Of a stretch of 64,000 nt of DNA, positions 1 to 11,405 are shown one piece after another. Every line of letters begins with the position of its first letter. Position 1 is the stretch's first letter. The notes beneath the pieces were generated by a model. The model saw only the letters and a program-made list of their open reading frames with translations, had not been told where the DNA came from and did no database searches. Source of the stretch: Squalus acanthias (lineage: Eukaryota). Location of the stretch: NCBI GenBank assembly GCA_030390025.1, contig CM059432.1, forward strand, positions 122,142,001 through 122,206,000, read 5' to 3'. The translations under genes and the position numbers were made by a program.

Positions 1-467
1 ACATAGAGTTCAACAATTTCAGATCATAACCCCGGCCCCTATCATATATATATTTTTTGTCCACACTTTTTGTCTGTGTCTTTTCTTCTTCTCTCCCACA
101 TGGCAGCTGTCTTTCATTCTGCCAGCGCAATTTACACTTCATCTAGAGCTATCCTTTGTTTCTTAACCTGTCCCATTACCATCTCCCTTTGCCTTGAATA
201 TCTCTTAATGTCTCTTAATCTCTCCTGCCTTCTATCCTATCACAGACCTTCCCTTTTGTTCTTTCATCCCCTCCCCCATTTCCCAGCTCCTACAATGGCT
301 TAAAAATCTGTTCCATTTCCTGCTTTTTTCCAGTTCTGACGAAAGGTCATCGACCTGAAATGTTAACTCTGTTTCTCTCTTCACAGATGCTGCCTGACCT
401 GCTGAGTATCTCCAGCATTTTCTGTTTTTATTTCAGAGATTTCCAGCATCTGCAGTATTTTCTTTTT
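1..467 (+). mobile_element. Penelope-like element (PLE) 3' end/pLTR, truncated by the window edge
   Basis: Near-identical reverse complement of 6562-7027; starts in the GIY-YIG C-terminus (IEFNNFRS*) and contains the hammerhead motif. Confidence 0.85.
332..368 (+). ncRNA. Minimal type I hammerhead ribozyme motif in PLE terminus
   Basis: AGTT-CTGACGA-A-AGGTC atc GACCT-GAAA-TGTT-AACT: CUGANGA/GAAA core, 5-bp stem II, AGTT/AACT stem I. Confidence 0.7.
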
Positions 468-958
468 ACATATGTACTGGCTGAGTTTTACAACCATTTG
501 CTTCTCCGATACTATTTTTTCTGGTCACTTATACCTATATGTGAAGACTATGCTAATGTAGTATGTACACCTGGAGTCAATACTGATGGTCCTGCCGGCA
601 TCTCTATGCTAATTTTTCGATTTGTTTTCACACACGGTGGACACTAATTTCAATCCTGAACTGATCATTTGAAGGGCTCATTTTCCTGGGTCGCATATAA
701 ATGAGTTCTGACATCACTTCTCTGCACCCCGATTTCGTCTTGGGGCTAACTTACATGTCGTGGGCCTTACGCGGGTGGGTGCTAAGGCCTTTTATTGGCG
801 CAACCCTGAGGGCGCAGGAAATTGGGACTTAAATATCCTTGCAGTGCTTCTGTGAATTGAGTTTTGCCTGAAGATAATTTTTAAAGTGGCAATGCAAAGG
901 AGGAAGATTCAATGGCTGTAGTGAGCAGAGCAATTTGCAATCCATCAGCATGCTCGTA

Positions 959-1800
959 ACATAGAAACATAGAAACATAGAAGATAGGAGCAGGAGTAGG
1001 CCATTCAGCCCCTCGAGCCTGCGCCGCCATTCAATGCGATCATGGCTGATCATCCAAATTCAGTACCCTGTCCCTGCTTTCTCCCCATATCCCTTGATCC
1101 CCTTAGCCTTAAGACATATATCCAACTCCTTCTTGAATATATTTAATGAATTGGACTCAACTGTCTTCTGCGGTAGAGAATTCCACAGGTTCACCACTCC
1201 CTGGGTGAAGAAATTCCTCCTCATCTCAGTCCTAAATGGCTTACCCCTTATCCTTAGACTGTGACCCCTGGTTCTGGACTCCACCTGCCATCGGGAACAG
1301 CCTTCCTGCATCTAGTCTGTCTAGTCCTGTTAGAATTTTATAAGTTTCAATGAGACCCCCTCTCATTCTTCTAAACTCTAGCGAATACAAGCCCAATCGT
1401 CCCAATCTCTCTTCATACGTCATTCCTGCCATCCCAGGTATCAGTCTGGTGAATCTTCGCTGCACTCCCTCCATGGCAAGAACATCCTTCCTCAGATAAG
1501 GCGACCAAAACTGCACACCAAGGCCCTGTACAACTGCAGCAAGACATCCTTGTTCCTGTACTCGAATCCTCTCGCTATGAAGGCCAACATACCATTTGCC
1601 TTCTTAACCGCCTGCTGCACCTGCATGCTTACCTTCAGCGACTGGTGCACAAGGACACCCAGGTCTCGTTGCACTTCCCCTTTTCCCAATCTATTGCTGT
1701 TCAGATAATAATCTGCCTTCCTGTTTTTGCCACCAAAGTGGATAACCTCGCATTTATCCACATTATACTGCATCTGCCACGCATCTGCCCAATCACCCAA
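959..1800 (-). mobile_element. CR1 LINE 3' fragment, (TTCTATGT)n-tail family
   Basis: RT C-terminal ORFs (WQMQYNVDKCEVIHFG, QFWSPYLRKD, FFTQGVVNLWNSLP); tail reads acatagaaacatagaaacatag on +. Confidence 0.9.
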
Positions 1801-2014
1801 TCTGCTTTGGTGCTGAGCTCATTAAGCAGCTATTGCAGGAAATAGAGTCGAGGAGGGATGTCCTTTGCTCCACCACGGAAGGAATGTCATGAAGGCAATG
1901 GTATGCAGGGCCTGGCAAGAAGTGGATGAGGCCATCAATAGCAGCAGCTGCAGCATGCCAAGGGCATGGCTGCAATGCCAAAAGAAGCTGAATGACTTCA
2001 CCCAGAGGGGGAAA
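1801..2014 (+). pseudogene. Harbinger Myb/SANT gene exon 1 relic
   Basis: AWQEVDEAINSSS..RAWLQCQKKLNDFTQRGK followed by a gtaagt donor; same motif as the other Myb exons in the window. Confidence 0.7.
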
Positions 2015-2580
2015 GTAAGTGTGAACTTTTACACAGATTTAAAAATGTTTATCATGTGGTAACTACCTAGTTTTTTTCCGTGACTCAATGTAATGAGCTC
2101 GTTAAAATGGCATGATGTAATAATGGTACAGTTTTATCCACAGGAACGACTGACTCAGGAGTCCCAAGTCATACTCACTCCACACAAATATCTGCAAGGT
2201 TCGAATGCATCAAAGGCTGGTAAAGCAGCACCACCTTCGGAGTAATGGCAACAACTTCTGAAAGCAAAGGAAAAAGACACTACTAATGTTATAGGGAGTC
2301 ATGATGCTACAGAAAGTCAAGGAAGTCTCATGTGTTACTGCAGGAGAAGTAAACATTAAAGTGGAGGAAGGGGTTTGAGGGTTGTGCACGCAAGTAATTG
2401 CTGTTAGAGGAGCTATGTAGCCATACTGTAAGATCCCGGGTCAATGGAAATAGGAATGGGCAGTGATGTTAAAAGGGCTGCTAATTCACTATCACCCATT
2501 TTACATTATCGCACAAAGTCAAAATCACCCCGAAGGAGTTTTGACACAGTGATAGATATATACCCAACATGGAAGACATT

Positions 2581-3323
2581 GGCCCAAAAATTCATCCCGG
2601 TGCGCGAGAGTACGCACTGCGTACTCTCGCGTATTCCCTCTGCAATTGCCGGTTTTCTGCATGCCCTGCGCATGCGCTGAAAACCGGCAATTGCTCTTTT
2701 GAAAAGGGGGCGGTTCCTCGGTGCATCACGTGCGCACTACAGGCTGCGCGCACGCTGTGCACTTCATGCTTTGGACGCGCAGGTAAGTAGGGAAGATTTT
2801 AGAAATGGAAAAAGGAGGAGTAAGACCCACTTTTAACAAGGTAAGTAGTGAATTAAGTATTTTTTTGAATTTTTTTTTACAGGTATATCTTTTTTAGAGA
2901 CTTTAAAGACAGGTAAGTTTATTTTTATAACTTTTTAAAAGATTTTAAATTTTTTCAAAAATTTAATTTTTTATTTAAAATGGTTAATTTATTTAACTAT
3001 ACTTATTTTATTAATGTGATGGTTTTTTTTTTAATTTAATTGAGGTTTAGCTGTTATTTTGGGGGGGTGTAAGATTCATAGATTTCACAGCACTTATGTG
3101 AAACTTATGAATGGAAGATGGTGTGCTGCCATTGGCTCTAACTGAGTCACGTGATCCCACAGCTCACACGAATTCACTACGCCGGTGGGATACGCAAGCA
3201 CTGCCCAGCTGATGTCTGGAACATCAAGTTCGTGCGAGCTGGATCTGAAAAAGCACAAGCGAGGTGAGAGATCGCGGGGAAGGCTTACCCCCGCGGAAAC
3301 AGAGCGAGATCAATTTCTGGGCC
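2581..3323. mobile_element. Harbinger-type MITE (palindrome/AT-core family)
   Basis: TIR GGCCCAAAAATT / AATTTCTGGGCC, ATT duplicated on both sides, internal palindromes; homologous in inverted orientation to 21174-21938. Confidence 0.8.
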
Positions 3324-3339
3324 ATTATGTGTGTCACGG

Positions 3340-3784
3340 TCAATAGTGGCTCGGTAGCAACCAGACAGTGTTGATCTCCTGGGGAGGTCTCTTCCGCCCA
3401 TGGGAAGGGAAGAGGACCTCCCTGCGTGCTGTGAGTCCCTCCATAAGCATATGGAGGGAGTCATGGGAGAGCCTGGGTGCAGCCCTATGCTTTTGTGCAG
3501 TGCTTGTCAGAGTTTGCAGCACCTCAATGCTGTAGAACACTGACAGCACAAATGTCAAAATAAATTTGGACATGGTCCCTTTAAGGAAACCGGCTGATGA
3601 CGCGTCATCGAATGACGTCATCAGTCCCGCTTCCTCTAATTGGCCGGGAAACGCGCTGGGCGGGCTTAACAAGCCCTACCAAGAGAAATTCATTTCACAG
3701 AGCAGGATGGAGCCAGCAACAGGGTCAGGACCCGCCACCGATGTTGCCCACCACGGACCTGCCGAGGTTAACAAAATCCCGGCC
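3340..3784 (-). mobile_element. Harbinger right-end fragment with Myb exon 1
   Basis: HRAAPRLSHDSLHMLMEGLTARREVLFP; closely similar to 12700-13132; ends AAAATCCCGGCC. Confidence 0.8.
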
Positions 3785-3909
3785 TCTGTCTCCTACCTCC
3801 TAATCAATGTCAATAGGTTGCCTCCAATTTCATGTTCTTTCATTTTATTGGCAATTTCTTATGTGGAACCTTATCGAATGCCTTCTGGAAGTCCATATAA
3901 ATAACGTGC

Positions 3910-4080
3910 ATAGACACTCCCTCAACTACCATGTTCGTGACCTCCACAAAAAATTCAACTAAGTTAGTTAGACATGACTTACCCTTTATAAATCCATGCT
4001 GGCTCTCTGACCAGCTCATAGTTGTCCAAGTGCTCAGTCACTCTGTCCCTAATAAGAGATTCTAGTAACATCCCGACAAC
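3910..4080 (-). mobile_element. CR1 RT fragment
   Basis: [18 protein letters not shown] followed by a degenerate [12 protein letters not shown] motif. Confidence 0.7.
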
Positions 4081-5075
4081 GCCTGGTTCCATTCTTATCA
4101 ATCCAGTCATAGCTAGAGAATCATTTACAATGGCTTCTCTTCCCTCTCTTGCACTGTTACATCCGGAGTCTCTCAAGGATCTATCATTGGCCCCCTCCTA
4201 TTTCTCATCTACATGCTGTCTCTCGGCGACATCATCCGAAAACACGTCAAGTTCCACATGTACGCTGACGATACCCAGCTCTACCCCACCACTAGCTCTC
4301 TTGATCCCTCCACTGTCTCAGATTTGTCACACTGCTTGTCTGACATCCAGTACTGCATGAGCAGAAATTTCCTCCAACTAAATATTGGGAAGACCGAAGC
4401 CATATTCTTTGGTCCTCTGTTCCCTGGCCATCGGCTCCATCCCTCTTGCTGGCCACTGTCTGAGGCTCAACCAAACCTGAGCTGAGCTTCCAACCACATA
4501 TCCGTTCCATCACCAAGACTGCCTATTTCCACCTCCGTAACATAGTCTGTCTCCGCCCCTGCTACAGCTCATCTACTGCTGAAACACTCATTCATGCCTT
4601 TGTTACCTCTAAATTTGACTATTCCAATGCTCTCCTGGCCGGCCTCCCATCTTCCACCCTACATTACCTTGAGCTCATCCAAAACTCTGCTGCCCATATC
4701 CTCACTCGCACCAAGTCCTGCTCATCCATTGCCCCTGTGCTCACTGACCTACATTGGCTCCCGTCCTGGCAACGTATCCATTTTGGGATTCGTCCTTGTT
4801 TTCAAATCCTTCCATGGCCTCGCCCCTCCCTATCTCTGTAGCTTCCGAGATGTCTGCGCTCTTCCAATTCTGGTCTCTTGCGCATCCCCAATTTTCATCG
4901 CTCCACCATTGGCGGCCATCCCTTCAGCTGCCTAGGCCCTAACTCTGGAATTCCCTCCATAAACCTCTTCACCTCTCTACCTCTCTCTCCTCGTTTAAGA
5001 TATTCCTTAAAACCAACCTCTTTGTCCAAGCTTTTGGTCATCTGTCCTAATATCTGCTTATGTGGCTCAGTGTCA
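4081..5075 (+). mobile_element. L2 LINE 3' portion, interrupted by a CR1; tail resumes at 6490-6555
   Basis: [29 protein letters not shown]; 3' UTR matches 16520-17062 and 58100-58252. Confidence 0.85.
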
Positions 5076-6489
5076 GGAAAGCAGGAAACTATAGACCAGT
5101 TAGCCTAACATCTGTTGTTGGGAAAATGCTGGAGTCCTTCATTAAGGAAGCAGTAGCGGAGCATTTGGAAAATCATAATGCAGTCAAGCAGAGTCAGCAT
5201 GGATTTATGAAAGGGAAAACATGTTTAACAAATTTGCTGGAGTTCTTTGAGGAGGTAACGAGCAGGATGGACAAAGGTGAACCAGTGGATGTGGTGTATT
5301 TGGATTTCCAGAAGGCATTCAATAAGGTGCCGCATAAAAGGTTACTGCATAAGATAAGAGTTCACGGAATTGGGGGTAATATATTAGCATGGATAGAGAA
5401 TTGACTAACTAACAGAAAGCAGAGAGTCGGGATAAATGGGTCATTTTCCGGTTGGCAAACGGTAACTAGTGGGGTGCCACGGGATCGGTGCTGGGGCCTC
5501 AACTATTTACAATCTACATTAATGACTTGCATGAAGGGACCGAGTGTAATGTAGCCAAGTTTGCGGATGATATAAAGATGGGTGGGAAAGCAAGTTGTGC
5601 AGAGAACTCAAAGAACCTGCAAAGGAATATAGACAGGCTAAGTGAATGGGCAAACATTTGGCAGATGGAGTATAATGTGGGAAAGTGCGAGGTTATACAC
5701 TTTGGCAGGAAAAGTAAAAAAGCAAATTATTATTTAAATGGAGAGAGATTACAAAATGCTACATTTCAGAGTGACCTGGGGGTCCTTGTGCATGAAACAC
5801 AAAAAGTTAGCATGCAGGTACAGCAAATAATCAAAAAGGCAAATGGAATGTTGGCCTTTATTTCAAAGGGGTTGGAGTATAAAAGCAGGGAGGTCCTGCT
5901 ACAACTGTACAGGGTATTGGTGAGACCACACCTTGAGTACTGCGTACAGTTTTGGTCTCCTTATTTAAGGAAGGATATACTTGCATTGGAGGCAGTTCAG
6001 AGATGATTCACTAGGCTAATTCCAGAGATGAGGGGGTTGACTTATGAGGAAAGGTTGAGCAGGCTGGGCCTATACTCATTGGAATTTAGAAGAATGAGAG
6101 GCGATCTTATTGAAACATATAAGATACTGAGGGGGCTCGACAAGGTAGATGCAGAGAGGATGTTTACCCTCGTAGGGAAATCTAGAATGCGGGGGCACAG
6201 TTTTAGAATAAAGAGTCGCCCTTTTAGAACTGAGATGAGGAGGAATTTCTTCTCTCAGAGGGTCGTAAATCTGTGGAATTCTCTGCCCCAGAGAGCCGTG
6301 GAGGCTGGGTCATTAAATACATTTAAGGTGGAGATAGACAGATTTTTGCAAGATAAGGGAGTGAAGGGTTATGGGGAGCGGGCGGGAAAGTGGCTTTGAG
6401 CCCAAGATCAGCCATGATCTTATTGAATGGCAGAGCAGGCTCGAGGGGCCAAGTGGTCTATTCCTGCTCCTATTTCTTATGTTCTTATG
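5076..6489 (+). mobile_element. 5'-truncated CR1 LINE nested in the L2 3' UTR
   Basis: GNYRPVSLTS, QHGFMKG, YLDFQKAF, KFADD, WNSLP; tail ttcttatgttcttatg. Confidence 0.92.
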
Positions 6490-6555
6490 TTTGATAACAC
6501 TCCCGTGAAGTGCCTTGGGACGTTTTACTGCATTAAAGGCGCTATATAAATACAA
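6490..6555 (+). mobile_element. L2 3' tail, continuation of 4081-5075
   Basis: gtgaagtgccttgggacgtttt...aaaggcgctatataaatacaa, as in the other L2 ends. Confidence 0.8.
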
Positions 6556-6561
6556 TATTAC

Positions 6562-9305
6562 AAAAAGAAAATACCGCAGATGCTGGAAATCTCTGAAATA
6601 AAAACAGAAAATGCTGGAGATACTCAGCAGGTCAGGCAGCATCTGTGAAGAGAGAAACAGAGTTAACATTTCAGGTCGATGACCTTTCGTCAGAACTGGA
6701 AAAAAGCAGGAAATGGAACAGATTTTTAAGCAAGTGTAGTGGCTGGGAAATGGGGGAGGGGATGAAAGAACAAAAGGGAAGGTCTGTGATAGGATAGAAG
6801 GCAGGAGAGATTAAGAGACATTAAGAGATATTCAAGGCAAAAGGAGATGGTAATGGGACAGGTTAAGAAACAAAGGATGGCTCGAGATGAAGTGTAAATT
6901 GCGCTGGCAGAATGAAAGACAGCTGCCATGTGGGAGAGAAGAACAGAAGGCCAAACAAAAAGTGTGGATAAAAAATATATATATGATAGGGGCCGGGGTT
7001 ATGATCTGAAATTGTTGAACTCTATGTTGAGTCCAGAGGGCTGTAAAGTGCCTAATCGAAAGATGAGGTGCTGTTCCTCGAGCTTACGCTGAGCTTCCGT
7101 GAAACAATGCAAGAGGCCGAAGACGGTGAGGTCTGAGTGGGAGTGGAGCGGTGAATTAAAGTGACAGGCAACCGGAAGCTCGGGGTCCCCCTTACGGACT
7201 GAACGGAGGTGTTCCGCAAAGCGGTCACCCAATCTGCGTTTGGTCTCCCCAATGTAGAGGAGACTACATTGTGAGCAGCGAATACAGTATACTAAATTGC
7301 AAGAAGTACAAGTAAATCACTGTTTCACCTGGAAGGGGTGTTTGGGGCCCTGGACAGTGGGAAGTGGGGAGGTATAAGGGCATATGTTACATCTCGTGCA
7401 CTTGCACGGGAAGGTGCCCGGGGAAAGGGTGTTGGGGGCAATAGAGGAGTGGACTAGGGTGTCGCGGAGGGAGCGGTCCCTACGGAATGCTGAAAGGGGA
7501 GGTGAGGGGAAGATGCGTTTGGTGGTGGGATCACGCTGGAGATGGCGGAAATGGCGGAGGATGATCCGTTGGATGTGGAGGCTGGTGGGGTGAAAGGTGA
7601 GGACAAGGAGAACTCTATCGTGGTTCCGGGAGGGAGGGGCAGGGGTGAGGGCAGAAGTGCGGGAGATAGAATGGACACGGTCAAGGGCCGTGTCAATCAT
7701 TGTAGAGGGGAATCCTCGGTTGAGGAAAAAGGAAGACATGTTGGAAGCACTGGTATGGAAGGTGGCATCATCAGAGCAGATGCGGCGGAGACGGAGAAAC
7801 TAGGAGAATGGAATAGAGTCCTTACAGGAGGCGGGGTGGGAGGAAGTGTAGTCCAGGTAGCTGTGGGTGTCAGTGGGCTTGTAGTGAATGTTTGTCAATA
7901 ACCTATCCCCAAAGATGGAGATCGAGAAGTCAAGGAAGGGAAGGGAAGAGTCGGAGATGGACCATGTGAAGGTGAGGGAAGGGTGGAAATTGGAAGCAAA
8001 GTGAATGAAATTATCTAGTTCAGGGCGAGAGCAGGTAACGGCACCGATACAGTCATCAATGTACCAGAAAAAGAGGTGAGGGAGGGGACCTGAGCAGGAC
8101 TGGAACAAAGAGTGATCCACATATACCACGAAAAGGCAGGCATAGCTAGGACCCATGCGGGTTCCCATAGCAACACCTTTGATTTGGAGGAAGTGAGTGG
8201 AGTCAAAGGAGAAGTTGTTCAATGTGAGAACAAGTTCAGCCAGGTGGAGGAGGATGGTGGTGGCTGGGGACTGGTTGGGCCTCTGTTCAAGGAAGAAACG
8301 GAGCGCCCTCAGGCCATCCTGGTGGGGGATGGAGGTGTAGAGGGATTGTCCGTCCATAGTGAAAAGGAGGCGGTTGGGGCCAGGAAACTGGAAACTGTTA
8401 AAGTGGTGGAGGGCGTCGTAAGAGTCACGAATGTAGGTGGGAAGAGACTGGACAAGGGGAGAAAAATGAAGTCAAGATAGGAAGAGATAAGTTCCATGGG
8501 GCAAGAACAGGCTGAAACGATGGGTCTACCAAGGCAGTCCTGTTTGTGGATCTTGGGAAGGAGGTAGAAGCGGGCTGTGCGGGTTTGGGGAATTATGAGG
8601 TTGGCGGCCGTGGGGGGAAGATCTCCAGAGGAGATGAGGTCAGTGACAGTCTTGGAAACGATGGCTTGATGTTCGGTAGTGGGGTCATGGTCCAGGCGGA
8701 GGTAGGAGGAGGTGTCGGAGAGTTGGCGTTCAGCTTCAGTTACGTAGAGGTCGGTTCGCCAAACAACAACAGCACCACCCTTGTCAGCAGGTTTAATGAC
8801 AATGTCGGGGTTGGATCTGAGAGAATGGAGTGCTGCAAGTTCAGAGGAGGTAGGTTGGAGTGAGTGAGGGGAGCAGAGAAATGGAGACGGCCGATGTCAC
8901 GCCGGCAGTTTGCAATGAAAAGATCTAGAGAGGGTAAGAAGCCAGAGCGAGGGGTCCAGGTAGAACGAGAATTCTGAAAGTGGGAGAAAGGGTCGGCTGT
9001 GAGGGGGGAAGATTCCTGACCAAAGTAGTGGGCACGGAGACGAAGGCGGCGGAAAAAGAGCTCAGCATCGTGCCGAGCTCAAAATTCATTGAGGTGGGGG
9101 CGTAAGGGGATGAAGCTCAGGCCTTTGCTAAGGACTGATCGTTCGGGGTCAGAGAGGGGAAGGTCAGAGGGGATAGTGAAAACGCAGCAGGGCGTGAGAT
9201 TGGGAGAAGGGGGGTCAGAGGAAAGTGAAGGGAAAGAAGGTTCCGGAGGGGCGTTGGTGTCCAAGAGTTGTTGAAGCTTGTGATCCTTGACACCTGAAAG
9301 GAAGA
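6562..9305 (-). mobile_element. Penelope-like element, 5'-truncated, RT plus GIY-YIG endonuclease, disrupted
   Basis: SLYTSIP, GVAMGTRMGPSYA, WYIDD RT motifs (7800-8357); GETKRRLGDRFAEHLRS GIY-YIG region (6999-7320); hammerhead in the 3' end. Confidence 0.92.
6661..6697 (-). ncRNA. Minimal hammerhead ribozyme motif
   Basis: Reverse complement is identical to 332-368. Confidence 0.7.
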
Positions 9306-10675
9306 AAAAAAGTTTTCCCCAAACTCTTTTTATATAAATACAAGTTGTTTTTATTGTTGTTACCTGAATCTGAACACCAGCAATATTTACTAAATAATCT
9401 AGGAAATTTCCTGGGGAGGACAATGACAGTGAATTTCCAACGGAGTTCTGTAAAACAGGAATTGTTGTCCTTGATCAATGACTGTCATTTTGACATGTAT
9501 GCAGATTTTACTGGAAGATCTAGACACACTTCAAACTATGCAGCGATATCACATATTTACAGAAAAGGTGGAGTAATTAAGCAAATTGCAGATTCTTGCT
9601 TTTTAAATACAAATTTCAAAGTACCAATCAAAGCATTAGCTAAAATCTTATACTGATTATCTCATCATCCATCAACTATGACCAGTCTTGTTGATCAAAA
9701 TTTGCTACTTAACTTATGCAATCAATTTAATGTAATTGATTATACTAAAAGAATGAAAAAAGCAGGCTTCGTTATTTCTGTAGTTGCTGACTATTTTGAA
9801 AAGAGATTTGAAGATATTTGAGATGCGTTCCAAAAGTAGATTTGGATTTTATATTCACACCAGCTGCTTTTGTGTGCACTAATTGTATATCTTCTCGTGA
9901 ATTGCTTCTTTTTAGAGACCTGAAGCAGGGGTGCCCAACTGTCACGCGTGCTGTTTTCTTTCAGTGTCGAGCTATTCTCCAACGGATTGGGTCAGATTTT
10001 GATACTGATGGTATCATCGCAGGTTCTTTTCCCATAAAACACCATTCTGTGCCTATGCTGTATTACTGTGTATCACCGATCTACTTTAAACAATTTCACG
10101 TCTGCTGGGCTGTGTTCAGATAGACAAAAGCGTGCTTACAAGATTAATCTTGACAAATGTGAAGTCATGCTTATTGATCACCACTCCCAAGTGCAGTTCT
10201 GGAAGTCTCTGTATTGCATTGGTCATTATTCAGAGTTGAATATTTATGTTTATTATTTTCACCTAAATAAAATAAGTCAAATTATTCTGCTTCACTTGCA
10301 GCTGTTCAGCTTGACTTAGACACATGGCCATCTCTTCCTTTGTCCTTGATAGGCAGAAATAACACCATTAAAATTAATATTTTACTATATATGCTATATT
10401 TATTAAAATCATTTTAAGCTACCTATCCAATTCATTTTTATAAGCGTGTTTGACAGGTACATCAGAATTTTTTAGTGGACGAATAAGACCCCTGAATTAA
10501 TATCCGTGAACTCTAGCTTCTTAGCGAGAAAGGAAGATTATGCTTCCCTAATTTGCAAAGCTATTTTTGAGCTGTTCCCACTCGTCATATATTAACATCC
10601 ATCTCAATGTTCCTGGATTGAATTGAAGGAGCTTTGCTGACCCCAATAACCTTGGTTCATTTGCTATGAACTAAT

Positions 10676-11220
10676 ATAGAGTCATAGAGTCATAACGGCA
10701 CAGAAGGAGGCCATTCGGCCCATCTCGACTGTCTTTCATTATTTCTTCATCCAGAGATTCCCATACTTTACAATGTTGGAGGGATATGATATCTTTCCAA
10801 TTACTAACCATTCCACCTCCTGTGTCTTCTTCCCGATGATCCTATTTAAAGGTTTTATTAAATAGAATTGCATTGAATTTACAGTACAGAAGCCCAACTA
10901 GTCTATACTGGTGTTTATGCTCTACACAAACCTCCTCCAATCCTGCTTCATCTCACCCTATCAGCATAAGGTTACGAAGGGGTAAATCCTAATCCATAAA
11001 ACCATAAAAGTTTAAAGCACAAAAAGAGCCCATTGTGTCTTCTGGCTGTTTGCGAGTAATCCAAAACTAATCCCAGTGCCCTGACATCATCCCATAGCAT
11101 TTTATCTCCCTCTGCTTCAAATAGTTATCAAACTTTCCCTTAAAAGATGCAATGATTTCTGCCTCAACCACTCCCTGTGGCAAAGATTCCATGCTCCGAC
11201 AATACTCTGTGTAAAGTGGA
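10676..11220 (-). mobile_element. Several short degraded CR1 3'-end fragments
   Basis: (CTCTATGA)n tail at 10676-10695 with 3' UTR; FTQ/WNL..P/VVEA remnant at 11100-11215. Confidence 0.6.
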
Positions 11221-11405
11221 TTTGTACAACTCTGGGGTTTCTAAAGAATTTTTCATCTGGAACAAAAATTCATGTCGACAGTTTGATATATGCTAAACGG
11301 AGGATATTGTGAACGAACTAACAAGCACTTCCAGCCTCAGCACCATAATAATAGCCTTTACCTTTTTATTATATCCAAACCTGGTGGGTTGTGTGCTCAC
11401 AATTA

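Noticed and set aside
640..830. Possible small MITE remnant
   Set aside because: Only one plausible terminus; boundaries cannot be supported.
9818..10123. 101-aa ORF with acceptor-like sites
   Set aside because: No recognisable homology or convincing donor.
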